From Bugula neritina (taxonomy: Eukaryota > Animalia > Bryozoa): a stretch of 64,000 nt of DNA. The number at the start of each line of letters is the position of its first letter. The stretch's first letter is position 1. Of this stretch, positions 25,089 through 38,726 are shown in pieces. The DNA lies in NCBI GenBank assembly GCA_964035545.1, contig OZ037765.1, forward strand, positions 3,730,698 to 3,794,697, in the 5' to 3' direction. A program made the position numbers and the translations under genes. The notes under the pieces were generated by a model. The model was given only the letters and a program-made list of their open reading frames with translations. It was not told where the DNA came from and made no database searches.

Positions 25089-26088
25089 ATGCATATTGCA
25101 TATATTTATCATATTCTATTATGTTTTTCAGCTGCCATTGAGGCGTTTCTTACGATTGGTAAAACTGTAACTGAGGCGGTAGATTTTATTGACAACCTGA
25201 AAGAAAAGTATCGTGGAACTGCTGTGTTGAGGATAGACAACTACTACAAGGCACCACTCGAACATCCTAGATCATGGACAGATAACGGAATTACTAAGAC
25301 ATACCCAACAGATGTGAAATCTAGTTATGAAGGGGGTTTGGCAGTTTATGGAAAAGGGGATGGAAGGGGAGTGGAGTTCTTAATCAAGTATGAGCTGAAA
25401 GTAGATGAGTATGAAATAGACGTCTATGCTTATTTAAGAGTAGAGCAAGAAGTTGCCTGGAGAAAAGAAAATAAGTTTGGTATTGGCATAGTGAAGACGA
25501 GCTCAAATCCTGACGGTATGAATTTTGGAAACCAAAATTGTATCATTTTTGTTTCATATACTCATAGAGAGAACTATCCTTCAACTATAAATAGAAGTAT
25601 CCTCATGAACTTATATTATATATATATATAATCTAGTCGAAAATATCACATTTTTATAACCTATATATAATTAGTATATATTTGCGCTACATACTAAGAT
25701 AATATCTAAAGACCATTTCGTAGGTTATGCTAATGCAGAGAACATGGATTTCATGGAGATTAAAGAGTTTAGCTCAGAATCTCACATCATCATCCACTGC
25801 TACAGGAAGCTTGTCTGTGTGTCCGGAACCTTCTCTGCAGGGCATCATGCTGAGGGACGTATTAAGATACTCCCTGTTAAAGTTAAGGATTTTGCTGAAG
25901 GGGAAATTAGAGACTGTGCAGCGGGTAGTCAAGATGAATTGAACAATGAGCTGAAATACGGTGTAGATAGAACTAGGGTCGCTGAAAAAAATGGTATCGT
26001 TCCTCCAGTGAGAGGAGATGGTGAAAGGATTAGCTCTCCAAAGATGTTCATATTTTTTGAAGGGCTCTGCATTGCATTGCTCTTGTAA
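25089..26088 (+). CDS. Actinoporin-like (conoporin/coluporin/echotoxin-type) pore-forming-toxin homologue with signal peptide and GPI-like tail; exons 25089-25515, 25724-26088 (263 aa)
   Basis: ATG at 25089 gives signal-like MHIAYIYHILLCFSAAIEA, then amphipathic helix FLTIGKTVTEAVDFIDNLKEK, then TAVLRIDNYYKAPLEHP...G....P..V....EG...GVEFLIKYEL...NKFGIG...VCVSGTF...IKILP....DFA, the motif order of molluscan actinoporin-like proteins. Intron G/gtatga...cgtag/G is phase 1. AATAAA at 26247-26252. An acceptor at 25131 means the leader could instead come from an upstream exon. Confidence 0.8.
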
Positions 26089-26270
26089 ACACTTCATTGT
26101 GATAATGTGATGAGAATAATGCAGTCGAACACAAAATTATTAATTACTTAACTATATGTACATCAAGAAAAAAATTTCGTTCAAAATGAGATCACAATAC
26201 CACTTCACGGACATTTCACTGCCAAACTGCAAAAGCAATACTTTCAAATAAAACTTTCTAATAGCACACC

Positions 26271-26364
26271 ACCTGGAATTATGCTATAGCACTCTACCTA
26301 GACATATGACGCTATAGAGTATAGACCCTACCTGGGCATATGACGCTATAACACTTTACCTGAG
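26271..26364. repeat. Degenerate short tandem repeat (about 25-34 bp unit, 3+ copies)
   Basis: acct.g.catatgacgctata.. motif repeated just after the polyA signal. Confidence 0.6.
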
Positions 26365-29300
26365 ATTTTTATGTTTATAATATTTTATTGAGTCATTTCT
26401 CTCTGAAACTTCTAAACAAGGCTCATTGATGATAAATATATAATACATTATTAGCACGATAATTAAAGGGAACCTAATTTCAAAGCTTTTTTTATAGATA
26501 TCTGCATTCAAAAGATAGAAGTGTGCAACTTTTCAGCTCTTATAAACTACTGTTAACATGTTATTATATATAAAAGCACTAACAGTAAAACGAAACATCA
26601 CCCAATTGTGCTAAAATCAAAATTTATAAATTAAGTTGTAAATCTTTCTCTCACTCAATGCAAAGTTTTTGTAACTTTTAAGTTTCTTATAATTCTGAGC
26701 AAAGCAAAATTTATAGAGTTAAGTTTGGCTAAACACACTTGAAGTCCTGGGAAATTTGTGCAGCGCAATTTATTTGACCTATTCAATAACTCTTATAGAT
26801 TTACTAATACATATAATATTTTTTTAGCTTTATTCTTCCGCATCATTTACCATTTGAGTTAAAAAATCAAGTGACAAGCACATCATAAGCTGTTAGTTTA
26901 TCTACAGGGCAGCTGCAGTAGAATGTTGATGTACACACTTTTTATTAAGCATGTGCAACAGCAACTTTAATACATGTCTACGAACTCTCCTAATTGGTAA
27001 AAATTTACGTTAAAACAGAAGAACATAAATTTAAAAGAATCTATGAATTTAAAAAATCAAAGTTATGAGTGATTGTTTTTGAGCCAGTAAAAGCCTAGAG
27101 TGCATACAGAGAACTAGATGGAAACCAGGGCGCTTGCACAAGATATAATAATGTAAAACGAATAAATATGGGCAGACATTATTATTTATTGAAAAAGTTA
27201 AATAACTGAGGGTGGCCTAGAAACACACTCCTTATATAATGAAGGGGGTAGAAACTCCTATAATAGGCCTAACCTCACGATATCATGACATCATGATATA
27301 TCATGAGATATCATACTTATATATATATATCAAATTATTACTGGGTACTACTGTGAATTATATGGATGCTACAACAACGTTCTATGCTATTTATCATGTA
27401 TTTAATCCAAATACATTTTCTTACTGTGTATTCTGACAGTTGATTCTGCTATATATATAAGCAAGGCATTTTCCAATCTAAGAGAATTCATTCATCATAA
27501 TTTTAATTAATAAAGCATATCAACACAGCATAAATTAACTCTATTCTATACAAATAAGCTTTTACGTAACAACAAGATTGACAACTGGTTGTATAGAGTT
27601 TCCTTTGTTCCATATTCCTGTATACTCAACCTATAGCTATTGGCTGCCAGTACATACTTGCTTACTATTTCAAAGCATTTTCTTTTCTTTATTTTCTGTG
27701 TATGACGTATGCTTAACAATGATGAATTAATTGTTTTGGCATGTTCTATTAATAGTTTAATTTTGTGTTGCTCATTAATTATTTATTTTTTCTGGAAGAG
27801 TATATTTGTATAGATTTAGCAGCATTTACAATTTAATTATAATATTTTTGTTATACAAATTGAAATGAATTATTGGCATTGAGGTTTTTGTTGCAATCTT
27901 TAATAAAATGTTATAAGTGTATAATACCATTTCCCATAATCTATATAATAAACGTAGTGTACTTTAAAACACAAGGTTCTCTCTCATATCTATCATATAT
28001 AATATATAGTCATAAAATAACACAGTGAGGTTTTCCTTTGAACTGAGCTTTTATATGAATTTTTATTGAGTGAGAAATACACTGCTGCAGCTTATAGTCA
28101 TTTTATAAACACTTCCCTCTTGCTGCAGGTGTTTGAAGGACATGTATATTAATGTGACTTCTTTATCAATCATATAAAAGCAGTATTTGCTAATATAATG
28201 GGAAACCTAAGTGTATTCACAAAAAGTTATTATATAATTCTTATTAAAAAAACATATAGTTGCAGAGTATTACAATTTTACAATAAAATATGTTTGATAA
28301 GATTTCACCAAAGGGTGTACTTCTATATGCAGTGTTTCTTATCACCTTGTGAGATGTACTTAAAGATAAATCATATAACATTATCTTTTTATTATATTTT
28401 ATAGCCTGCCATAAAATATACATCATTTGATAACATACAATAAATAATTATTAATATTGCAACAAAATATGTTTATCATATTTTATATCTGTTATCATGT
28501 GAAGTAATGAGAGATGAGTTGATAATATTTATAAGCTGATGACAATTAACTGATGAAGTGCTGTCAGTTTATGGGAACACATTTCTACTGTGCTTTGATT
28601 TTTCAAATTCCAATTGACTCTATCTTTACTATACAGTCAAGTGTTAATAACAGATAATTCAAATTAGAACAGGTGTCATTCTACACAGAGCATATCTTAA
28701 TCATAATAGGGATAGCAGATGCTTTGAAAATTCTACCATTATCATATTCATAACATTTATGGTTTAATAATTCAACTATGAAATAATATCACATTTCAGG
28801 TTGTGTTGATAGAAGTCACTAGGGAAGCTATATTTTATATGCTTTACTAAATTATGTGCTTTGCTTGGAAGATTTCTTACTAAAGGAGACATGACAAGGT
28901 AGCCGGGGAGCCTCTGATTTGCATAATACTTCAACAACTATATAGTGTTTCGGACAACTACAAGCACTGCTATGAATTAACATCCTAGCTATAGTAAAGT
29001 ATAAGCTCTTTTTTATAATACCTTCATTGATTAATTTAGAAAAACCCAGCTGAAATATGGCTTAAATGGTAAAACCTCTACGCATAGCGACTATAGGCCA
29101 GCAGTGTTACTGTAGGAAAAGTTGCTTTGAATTTTACTTTCTCATCAGCCGAGAATATATAAAATGCTTCACTCCTTTCTGTAGTATTAATAAGCAGTGT
29201 GTTTGTATTTAAGAAAGTAGAAAGTAAAATAATAGCGGAGTTAACTTTGTAAAATCACATCTTGTTGGGCATTGAGGGGCGGGTAACATCACCTGCCTAA

Positions 29301-32209
29301 CTAATTTTAGCCAATACTTCCTAAACAAATACGGTAAGGTATTACTAAAACATATTATTGCAAAAATTTAGCAATTACACATATCAGACTTCAAAATTGA
29401 TATATTTTGTTTATAGTTTTAAGAGATCAAGATGTCCTAAAATAGCTTTAGCCTAAAACATTGTTACTTCATGGAAATTAACAACTGATTTTATAGAAAT
29501 TACTGCAAGTGAGATCATGCTGAATATTTCTATCAATTTATTAGAGTGTAAATTTGCTTCAGTTTAGTAGAGGTTATGACTCATACAAATAAAAATATAA
29601 CTGGACAGAAAAAAAGTTGATTCTTTAAAATTTCTTAAATTTATTTGAGACTCTCAAAACTTGTAGATGACTAACTTACATAACAATCCTATGACTCATA
29701 ACAGCTATTATAGACATCATTGAGAGGTACACTACATCCTTTATTCACTTGCAGCTCATCTTTATATTATGAGCTGCTTTATAAAATACTGCAATTAAAC
29801 CAGAGCTAACCTAACTCTTTGGCATATATTTTATGTAGCACTATAAATGAGTGTTCACAACTCTAACAGACTACAATGCATTATCAAACAGCTATTCAGC
29901 TAACTACTTCATAGGTAATGTCATCTACAGGATATTACATCATTACATGGAAGATGTACTCATTTGAGAAATAGTTGGCAACGACATATTATACAATGTG
30001 TAATACAATATTATGTAATTTATCATTATATTATATAATAATATGTTTTAGCATATATAATACAAAGTGTCCTTTTTTTGTAATATAATGCTGTATGGAT
30101 GTCAGCCTACTAATGTTGAACGTTATGCTTATATATGATTTTTAATAATCAATAATATATAATGCAATAATATATTAATTTATTACCGCAAAATTATTAT
30201 TTATATTTGGATCAGTAAAACAAACTAAAAGAGAAGAGTTTATTGTTAAAAAAAATGTTTCAAATCTACGAGGCAGAGAATTGATTAAATCATTTACTAT
30301 ACTTTACTTAACCCTTTATTGATAAATAAATAAACAATTACATGAAACACAAAGTATAGAATATAATTATAGTTTGAGTGCATTATAAGTACATTGTATG
30401 ATACCTCTAGAATAGCAAAACCCGAACTCAAACTAAACTGAAACCAAACTAAGCCCTAATCTACTTGCTTTGTGAAACCTGAATACCGCGTTACTGAAAA
30501 TAGCAATATATTGAAATCAACTCTTTATATTAACTCCACTGAAAGACAATTAAAGTCAGCTCAAATGAAGTAAGCTGGCAGCACGTATAACAGCAGCATT
30601 AGCTTATTTTAACAACACAAAAATGTTTTGTATTTTCATAATCTGTGCCTCAAGTCAGTTCTGCTTGTTTTATATAAATAACACAGCTGTTAGAGATATA
30701 GAAGATTACTATGCACCAATAACGCGATAGGAAGATACTGGTTTATAACAGCTACAGATGCTACACAGCCTGTCTTATAGCATATGAAATATAACAAAAT
30801 GATGCTATAACTCCATACTCGTAGCACTATAGCTATTCTTTTTCAGTTATTATAGTTACTCTATGATGCATTTAACAGAATTTTGGCCACAAATATTAGA
30901 AAATTATCTAAAATTAAATTGCCTTGTCAATGTGTAAACTCCTGAAAATATATAGTAAACAAGCAACGCTTAAAATTACTTCTTATTTCTAGAAAACAAT
31001 ATGTGTAGTCAAAAGGTTTTCCATTATATCAACACTGCATATCAAGTTTTCTACAAAGAATAAGCAGTTAATTTTTTTTATATTTTTATATCTTTTTCAA
31101 GCAAAAAGTTAATAAGTGAGAGATTTGAAATAACTGAATGATGTAGTTCGTCAAGTACAAACAACTCCAACATAATATTAAGCAGGCTGATTAAAGAAAA
31201 CTGCTAAAGTTAGCGCCAATGCAAATTGCTAGCGTTGTTATAAAAGTAGTAAAATTGACTATTTATAGATATATTATATTGAAGTGCTATGATGAAATAG
31301 GTCAACCTGAATAACTTTTATACACAGGAAAAGACAGGCCCTCATGTTGATTGACTTTATGAAAACACAAACCTATAACTGGATTTAAATGATTAAAGAA
31401 TATATGCAAAATATCACAGCAGCATATATTTTAAAGCATATAATGTGTACCGCTATAATAGGTGAAATTTATTTGATATTTTTCCTAGAGGTTTCTATAA
31501 CTTCCCTAATGGTGACCAGCTAATATAAATATTATATATATAATGAGGTAGTTCAAATTGTTCATGACAGCTTGATGAAAGTCACTAAAACTTGATGAAA
31601 AATAGCTAAAGTTATTTAACTAAAATTATCACAGAAGTGAACAACTTACCAATTACCAGAAACATGTGTGCTTGGTTTTCCAATTTTTCTAATATAAAAT
31701 ATGTCTCCCATAATTTGTCAACAACGTATAGGCATCAAGTGATGATTAAACAACAAAACATAAATTAATGTCTACAGGTGCTTCAGTTGTGAAAGTTTAT
31801 TTATTTATACAGTTTAAATAGCTTTAAAGAAGTTCAAATGATTCGGAAATAACAGCTAAAGACCAAAGGCTAATGTAAGATTTTGAGGCTACTTCCTTAG
31901 CACAACATCTGTCCTACTTATAGATGTAGCTGCACAATAGCACGTGATGAAATACACTCACATACAAAATATATAATGATGAAAATAGTGCAATACTACT
32001 TTGGTATCTATGTCTTGCTAAATTTGTCTTACAGAAATGTGTAAAAGCAGCAGACCGAGGTCATTTAGTGGAAAAATTTCACAGCCGGTGGAACTGCTAT
32101 AGTATAGCTTAAGTGAGCGAATATCAACATTAATCATTATCACAACTGATAAGTTACATAATAAATTTCTAGTGGGTAATTAATCTATCACTAATGAGTA
32201 AAAACTTTA

Positions 32210-32282
32210 TTACTAATTGGTAATTACTCAATTACTAATTACTCAATTACTAATTGGTAATTACTCAATTACTAATTAGTAA
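32210..32282. repeat. Simple repeat built from aattact/aattactc/aattggt units
   Basis: ttactaattggtaattactcaattactaattactcaattactaattggtaattactcaattactaattagta. Confidence 0.85.
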
Positions 32283-35200
32283 CAACATAATGTTAATCTA
32301 AGAAACAATAAAAGTATTTTGGCCAAAATCTTTTAGACTTATTTTCTGCATTGAACTTTTTTAACTTTTATTCTGAGTGTATGTCACTAACCTACTTGTC
32401 AACGAATAGACAAAAACTAAACAGATAAATAAATACAGAGCAACTTTAGTGTGCCAGATAAGTAAAATTGTAGGCCAATACTTGCCATTACTCAGTTGCT
32501 ATTTGCTAATATAAAAATAACAGTTACAGCATCCAAACACCTTTGTTAAGTGGATCTCGGTATATCTCTCTTGCTCTTTATTTCAAATTTCTGTCTAGTC
32601 CACTTATTTAAATAAAGATTCATACCGTCGGGCTTTATAACAGCTTTAGGGATTCCTAGCATCAGTGAACTAATAAATAGGTACTTAATAAATGCCAAAC
32701 AATTTTTTTATATCTGTAGGCACGCGGCTCATCAAAGTTTATTTACATACACTAATTTACTGGGTGTATAATATGTAGCTGTTTATTACAATTAAAGTTA
32801 TTTAAAAAGCTTTAATAACAGAATTTGAAATAATTATAGAAAACAAATATTTTTTAAAATATTATTGTGTAATATTGTGATTTGAAATGCTATTAAACCG
32901 CCAGAGCGGGTAACTTTTACCCGGTATCCATTTTTATAAAATTAATATATATGGCTATAGGGCATTACAGGTTTATAAACGCAAATACTTGAACATACTC
33001 CTAACTGCAGTCAAAGTCCAATAATTATTTCATATATGCAGTCAAAATACAAACACAGGACATGTGAAGCTTATGAAAATATTTTTAGCTCATCCCAGGA
33101 AATTTAACAGCTTGATTTCTTCTCAAGATTTTGATAGTCTGACCCATATTAATTTAGACTTTGTTTGTTTTTATATGCAAATTTTTACCTGCGTTATAAT
33201 TTTACTGCTAGTTACCAAGCAGTATTAGAAACAGTATGTAAAAATATATTAATTCATTAACTTTCTAGAACCATCTACTCTATAATTAATATTAAGTCGG
33301 TGGTAACTTTGCTCTAAACAGAGACTACAAACTGTCGAGATAACAGAAAAAAGAGAGAATAACAAGTGACAATAACAAGTTACCATAACAGGACAAGCAA
33401 GTCTAATTATAATTCAACATTATGTAACTTTTTTTATAAAAAAGTAGCATTTTGTAGGCTGAGCTGCTTCAAAAATACATTTTAGAAATTCTATGTAATA
33501 TAATCTGCTTTCACGCAGTAACTAAAATCTAAGTAACGCGAAAAAATAGACTGAGAATAACAGTGCTAGAAAGGCATAAATGATCCAATTGTTAGTAATT
33601 TTTCTTTAATATAACTTTTACACACTCTAAGATATTATTTCTACAAGGTATAACTATAAAATTTAATTGTTATGAGATCAGAAGTGACACTGCAGAGTAT
33701 TGGGGGGATAAGTTCCATAAGATGAGTAATTGTACAGGTACATTGATTTGCAACTTTGTTACTGTTACAGGCTTTTGGGCAAAGTGAATGACTTCATATA
33801 AACCTCACTTAACAAAGTATAATTTAGTATTTCTATGCTAAAATTACTCTATAATAATTTACTTAAAAACATCTTCAAACTTTTTATCACGATATATTAT
33901 CTATATTTAGAGCTGTGTATATTATAGTATTTACATTATCATTAAATATTTAAGTTTTAAAAAACTTCTATCACAATTTTATACTTGAAGTTTACAACAC
34001 AAAATAAGACATTACAAAACACAAACTCCAAATTTTTAACCAAAATTTTTGTTACAACATATAAATAAAATATCTTAAGATCTAAACACTTGCTATATAG
34101 TAATTATTATTTAATGCACCATGACCGGTGATATATAAGTTGCTTCAATAATGTAGGCCCTATATATGGCTATGTTAATTTACATAACGTATTATTTTCA
34201 AAGTTTATTCCAATAACTAATATTACAATACCTTTAAAAATAGTAGATAATTTTAGCATTACTTATAATATACACATTCCTTGCACTAAATCATTTCTAT
34301 AGAAGATTCCTTAGATGTAATCATAGATTTGCAGTATTGTGATCACAAAAAGCGGTGAGTTAACTAAAACATTGGCACAGTTTTTGAAACGAAGATGTTC
34401 TGCTTAATAAACTTAATATATTAACTGAAAACACTCAAATCTGTTTACCTTCACAAATAGCAAACGGCTAACTAATTCAGCAGCCAACAGCAGTGACCTT
34501 GAAGAGGCAGTATTAGCCTATAAAAATCATGCTGTCTAATGACAGCGTCTTTAATTAAGTCAGCAACTTCCATACAACAGTCTGACAACAAGGCTTTCTA
34601 ATTTATCAACATTTATTCATATTCATTGTATGAACTAAGTGGCCTAATCTATATAGTCTGTATTGATGAGTCAGTCAAGTTGGTGACTTAATGACACAGC
34701 ATATAGTAGAGTAAGTTAGACTGTACTATTAGTGCCAGATAGTTTGATGGTTAACAGAATTACTATTTAAAAGACAAGCATTTAAACACATTTATCATAT
34801 TATTTTATTCTAGTTTACTTTACAGCAGCAGCCAAATGCTGAGAATATAACTGTAACATTATATTTAAGTTGCACAAGTCAAGCTTGGTTACTATGTATA
34901 AGATTATATATAATATAATCAAGTATAAAACTGATCACGTGTGTAGCATGTAGCATCTTTGAGCTTAATTTACCTTGAAATTAGTTTTAAAAAATAGTTA
35001 AACAATATTCAAAATAGTGCCAAGCCTAAAATTCAATGTTAGTTTGCATGATTGAGCATATTTTAGTTTTTGCAATGTCAAACAAAAACAAGGGCTTGCT
35101 ACAAAATTGGTTATGCAGTTATTGTTAAATGCAAGTCTGCTAAGCGTAAGTGGGATCACTATGTAATGGGCAGGTAACACTGGATGAGTTTATCTAAACT

Positions 35201-36211
35201 ACAAACTTTTAATATACAAGTCAAAACAATAAATTATATAACTATTCAGCAATTTTCACAGCTACCAACACTTGCACATACAGCTATTCTGCTTCATGCA
35301 TCTGATATATAAACCTGACCAATATATCATAATATGACTAATTATTCAACATGTCCTATTATGACTCATTAAGATGGCTGACAAAGCTCTTAGCTGTATG
35401 TACACTGACTCATACAGATACACTTACAGCTACCACTACATTTCATCACACAATATTTACTCACAACTCACAGCTACAAAGGAAGTGCACCAATTATCTT
35501 AATTTACAAAATAAGCATTACAAATTCTTGCACCAATTTCAATACAAACTATTATTTCAAGTACAAGAAATTCGCAATAATAATGATAATGCATGCAACT
35601 ACATTAAACTTCACATTTTAAATCTGAATATAGTATACTTTAAATTTTCATTTAGAGTTTCAAATATACGAGTCTAGTTGCAAGAGTTGATTTATATCAT
35701 GCGTGTTGCACTGATCATGATCCTATAATACTAGCAAAACACTAATTCTTATTTATTCTTTGTAAAGATGATTTAATACTTTAAAATTTGAAATTTTTTT
35801 ATTAATTGAATCTACAATAGCCCTACACTCAGTACTATAGAGCACCTAAGAGCCAGTGTAAACAAGTTAAGTTCATTGAGTAGTGTTCTACTATTACTAG
35901 GAATTGTGAAATAGCTTTTTAGAGTTTGTAAATATGGCAGTCAAAATAAAGTTTAAAATAAATATTCAAATGTGTGCAATAACAGTAGTGGGTATCAAAA
36001 TAGAATGCCTAAAGAATACTGAATTAAAATTTGCAATTTCAAATGCTTCAAACTTACCCAAACAACATCCCACGGAAGTGAAGAAGGCAATAAGTCATTA
36101 AACTCCACAACTCAAGTGGTGATACAATATCAACCAGTAAGCATTACTAACTCAACTAGAATAAACTTACTGGTCAAGAAATTAGTCATAATATAAAAGC
36201 TAGTGCTGCAC

Positions 36212-36472
36212 GTCTAACTCCCGTCAAACTGGGAGGCCTTATCTAAGGTTTAAAGATGTCTTAAAGCGAGATCTCAATGACTTCCATATAAATCCCAGCA
36301 GCTTTACCACATTTTCCTATGACCGTGCTGAATGGAGACAAAACCTTTATACCAGACAGACATTTGACTCAAGTAACAACGTTAAGAGTCTTACGGCCAG
36401 ACGTGCAAGACACCAGCACTGAAGATGCTATGCATTGTCAACACTGACAGACGCTTGCCAGACTGACTATAA
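36212..36472 (+). mobile_element. 5'-truncated RTE-clade LINE with 10-bp target-site duplication
   Basis: Encodes RQTGRPYLRFKDVLKRDL...DRAEWR (RTE ORF C-terminal motif); flanked by agtgctgcac at 36202-36211 and 36473-36482; absent at the paralogous site near 51005. Confidence 0.85.
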
Positions 36473-37101
36473 AGTGCTGCACTCAGTGACCTCGGTCAAG
36501 AACACGACTCAACAGATCAGTGGAAAAATACTGGGGTATATCAGGTTCATATAAGTATAACATCTGCCCCACCCCAGCATAAGGCATAACAAGTAAACTT
36601 TTGATTAAAATGATAAGAAAATTCCAAATGTGTATAACTGGCAATTTCAGCTATCGGATAAAAGTCCAGCCAAAATAACTTAGACAATGCTTACTGGACA
36701 TTCTTATAGGATATAGACTAAGTGTTTTACTAATAGAACTTTATTTTTGTTTGTGCAACTCTGCTTTATATATTTTACTGCAGGTAAAAGTTCCATTGCG
36801 CTGATACAGTCTTAAGCTTATCTACAGCTATTTACTTTTTTAAATTTATTAATAAATAACTTATTCACACGTTCTGAAATGAAATGGTATCAATTAAATA
36901 TAGTAATTACAAATTAATACAGCGTTCTATAATATACTTGAAGTGAGAACAGGCAAACAACAGTCAGTTTTACAGTCTTACTGTAGAGTTGATTGAAAAA
37001 TATTTAATAATAACTGTGTTGCCCCATCAGTGTGTTGTACTCTTTAATAAGTATGAACTCGATACACCACCTATTTTATCTGTACTATAGTACTGAAGCC
37101 G

Positions 37102-37103
<2 letters not shown>

Positions 37104-37164
<61 letters not shown>
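37104..37164. repeat. (TA)n microsatellite
   Basis: Pure TA run. Confidence 0.95.
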
Positions 37165-37165
<1 letters not shown>

Positions 37166-37970
37166 CAGTAGGTTATTAACAAAGTATAACTAATTAAACA
37201 TTAAATCCTAACCAGCACAGACACATAAGAAAACAACCCAATTGGTGCAAATAGGCTTTCAAAAACCAAAATTACCATATTAGGACAATTTCAAAATTCT
37301 CAGCAGGGGTATTAAGTCTCTGACAGGTTAGATTTAAAAACTTAAGATATTATATTATATTGTAATAAAGTGAACTGTCTGGATAGGATAACTCCTACAC
37401 TAGCTGTGAAGCTAGTAGCGTTACTTTAGTAGTATAGCCCGCGTATATTATCTGTTTCTATAAGTACAATAAAATAAGTGACATGGTTATGCTTGCCGGG
37501 TCATTAATTATACTGGCCTATTTTAAACGTAACCAGCCCACCTAGAAATGTGCATTTACATGATGGTTACTATACATCAAAATCAAAGAATATTTTGAAC
37601 CTATACATAAAAGCTTGTAGAATGGCAAGTCAGAGTAGAAAGCAGAAATTTCTAAGTTTAACAACTGCATCTAAGAAATGAAAACTGGTTCAATATTTCA
37701 AGTAATTTATTAATAATACTCAAGCGCTCAGTAACGGTTTGTTGATTAGGTAATTATGTTACTGAAAACAAATAGGTTTTGGGTTCATTTATGTAGAGCA
37801 ACTTTTGAATATCAGAAAAACAAAACATTCTAAAATACAGCACACAAGAAGGTTAGCTAGTTTAATTTCATATGAGGAATGTCAAGAGTTTAGGAAGTTT
37901 AGGAATGTCTGTTGTCATCTGTAGATTCTTGTCATTTATTATGAACTATACTTTGTTGATTAAACATCTT

Positions 37971-38726
37971 ACAGAATGTATACTATATACTTGCTAACAG
38001 AATGTATACTATACTTGCTGACAGAATGTATACTATATACTTGCTGACAGAATGTATACTATATACTTGCTGACAGAATGTATACTATATACTTGCTGAC
38101 AGAATGTGTACTATATACTTGCTGACAGAATGTATACTATATACCTGCTGACAGAATGTATACTATACTTGCTGACAGAATGTATACTATACTTGCTGAC
38201 AGAATGTGTACTATACTTGCTGACAGAATGTATACTATACTTGCTGACAGAATGTATACTATATACTTGCTGACAGAATGTATACTATATACCTGCTGAC
38301 AGAATGTATACTATATACTTGCTGACAGAATGTATACTATAGCTTGCTGACAGAATGTATACTATAGCTTGCTGGCAGAATGTATACTATATACTTGCAG
38401 ACAGAATGTATACTATAGCTTGCTGACAGAATGTATACTATATACTTGCTGACAGAATGTATACTATATACCTGCTGACAGAATGTATACTATATACTTG
38501 CTGACAGAATGTATACTATAGCTTGCTGACAGAATGTATACTATAGCTTGCTGACAGAATGTATACTATATACTTGCAGACAGAATGTATACTATAGCTT
38601 GCTGACAGAATGTATACTATAGCTTGCTGACAGAATGTATACTATACTTGCTGACAGAATGTATACTATACTTGCTGACGGAATGTATACTATACTTGCT
38701 GACAGAATGTATACTATACTTGCTGA
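37971..38726. repeat. 24-26 bp minisatellite, about 30 copies (gacagaatgtatactata[ta]cttgct)
   Basis: Head-to-tail units with no spacers; includes a 7-unit, 179-bp higher-order duplication. Confidence 0.95.

Noticed and set aside
26011-26019. RGD motif in the actinoporin-like protein
   Set aside because: It lies in the C-terminal extension at the putative GPI cleavage region, not at the position of the RGD in anemone actinoporins; probably coincidental.
37971-38726. CRISPR-like array
   Set aside because: Units are head-to-tail with no unique spacers, there are no cas genes, and the context is eukaryotic.
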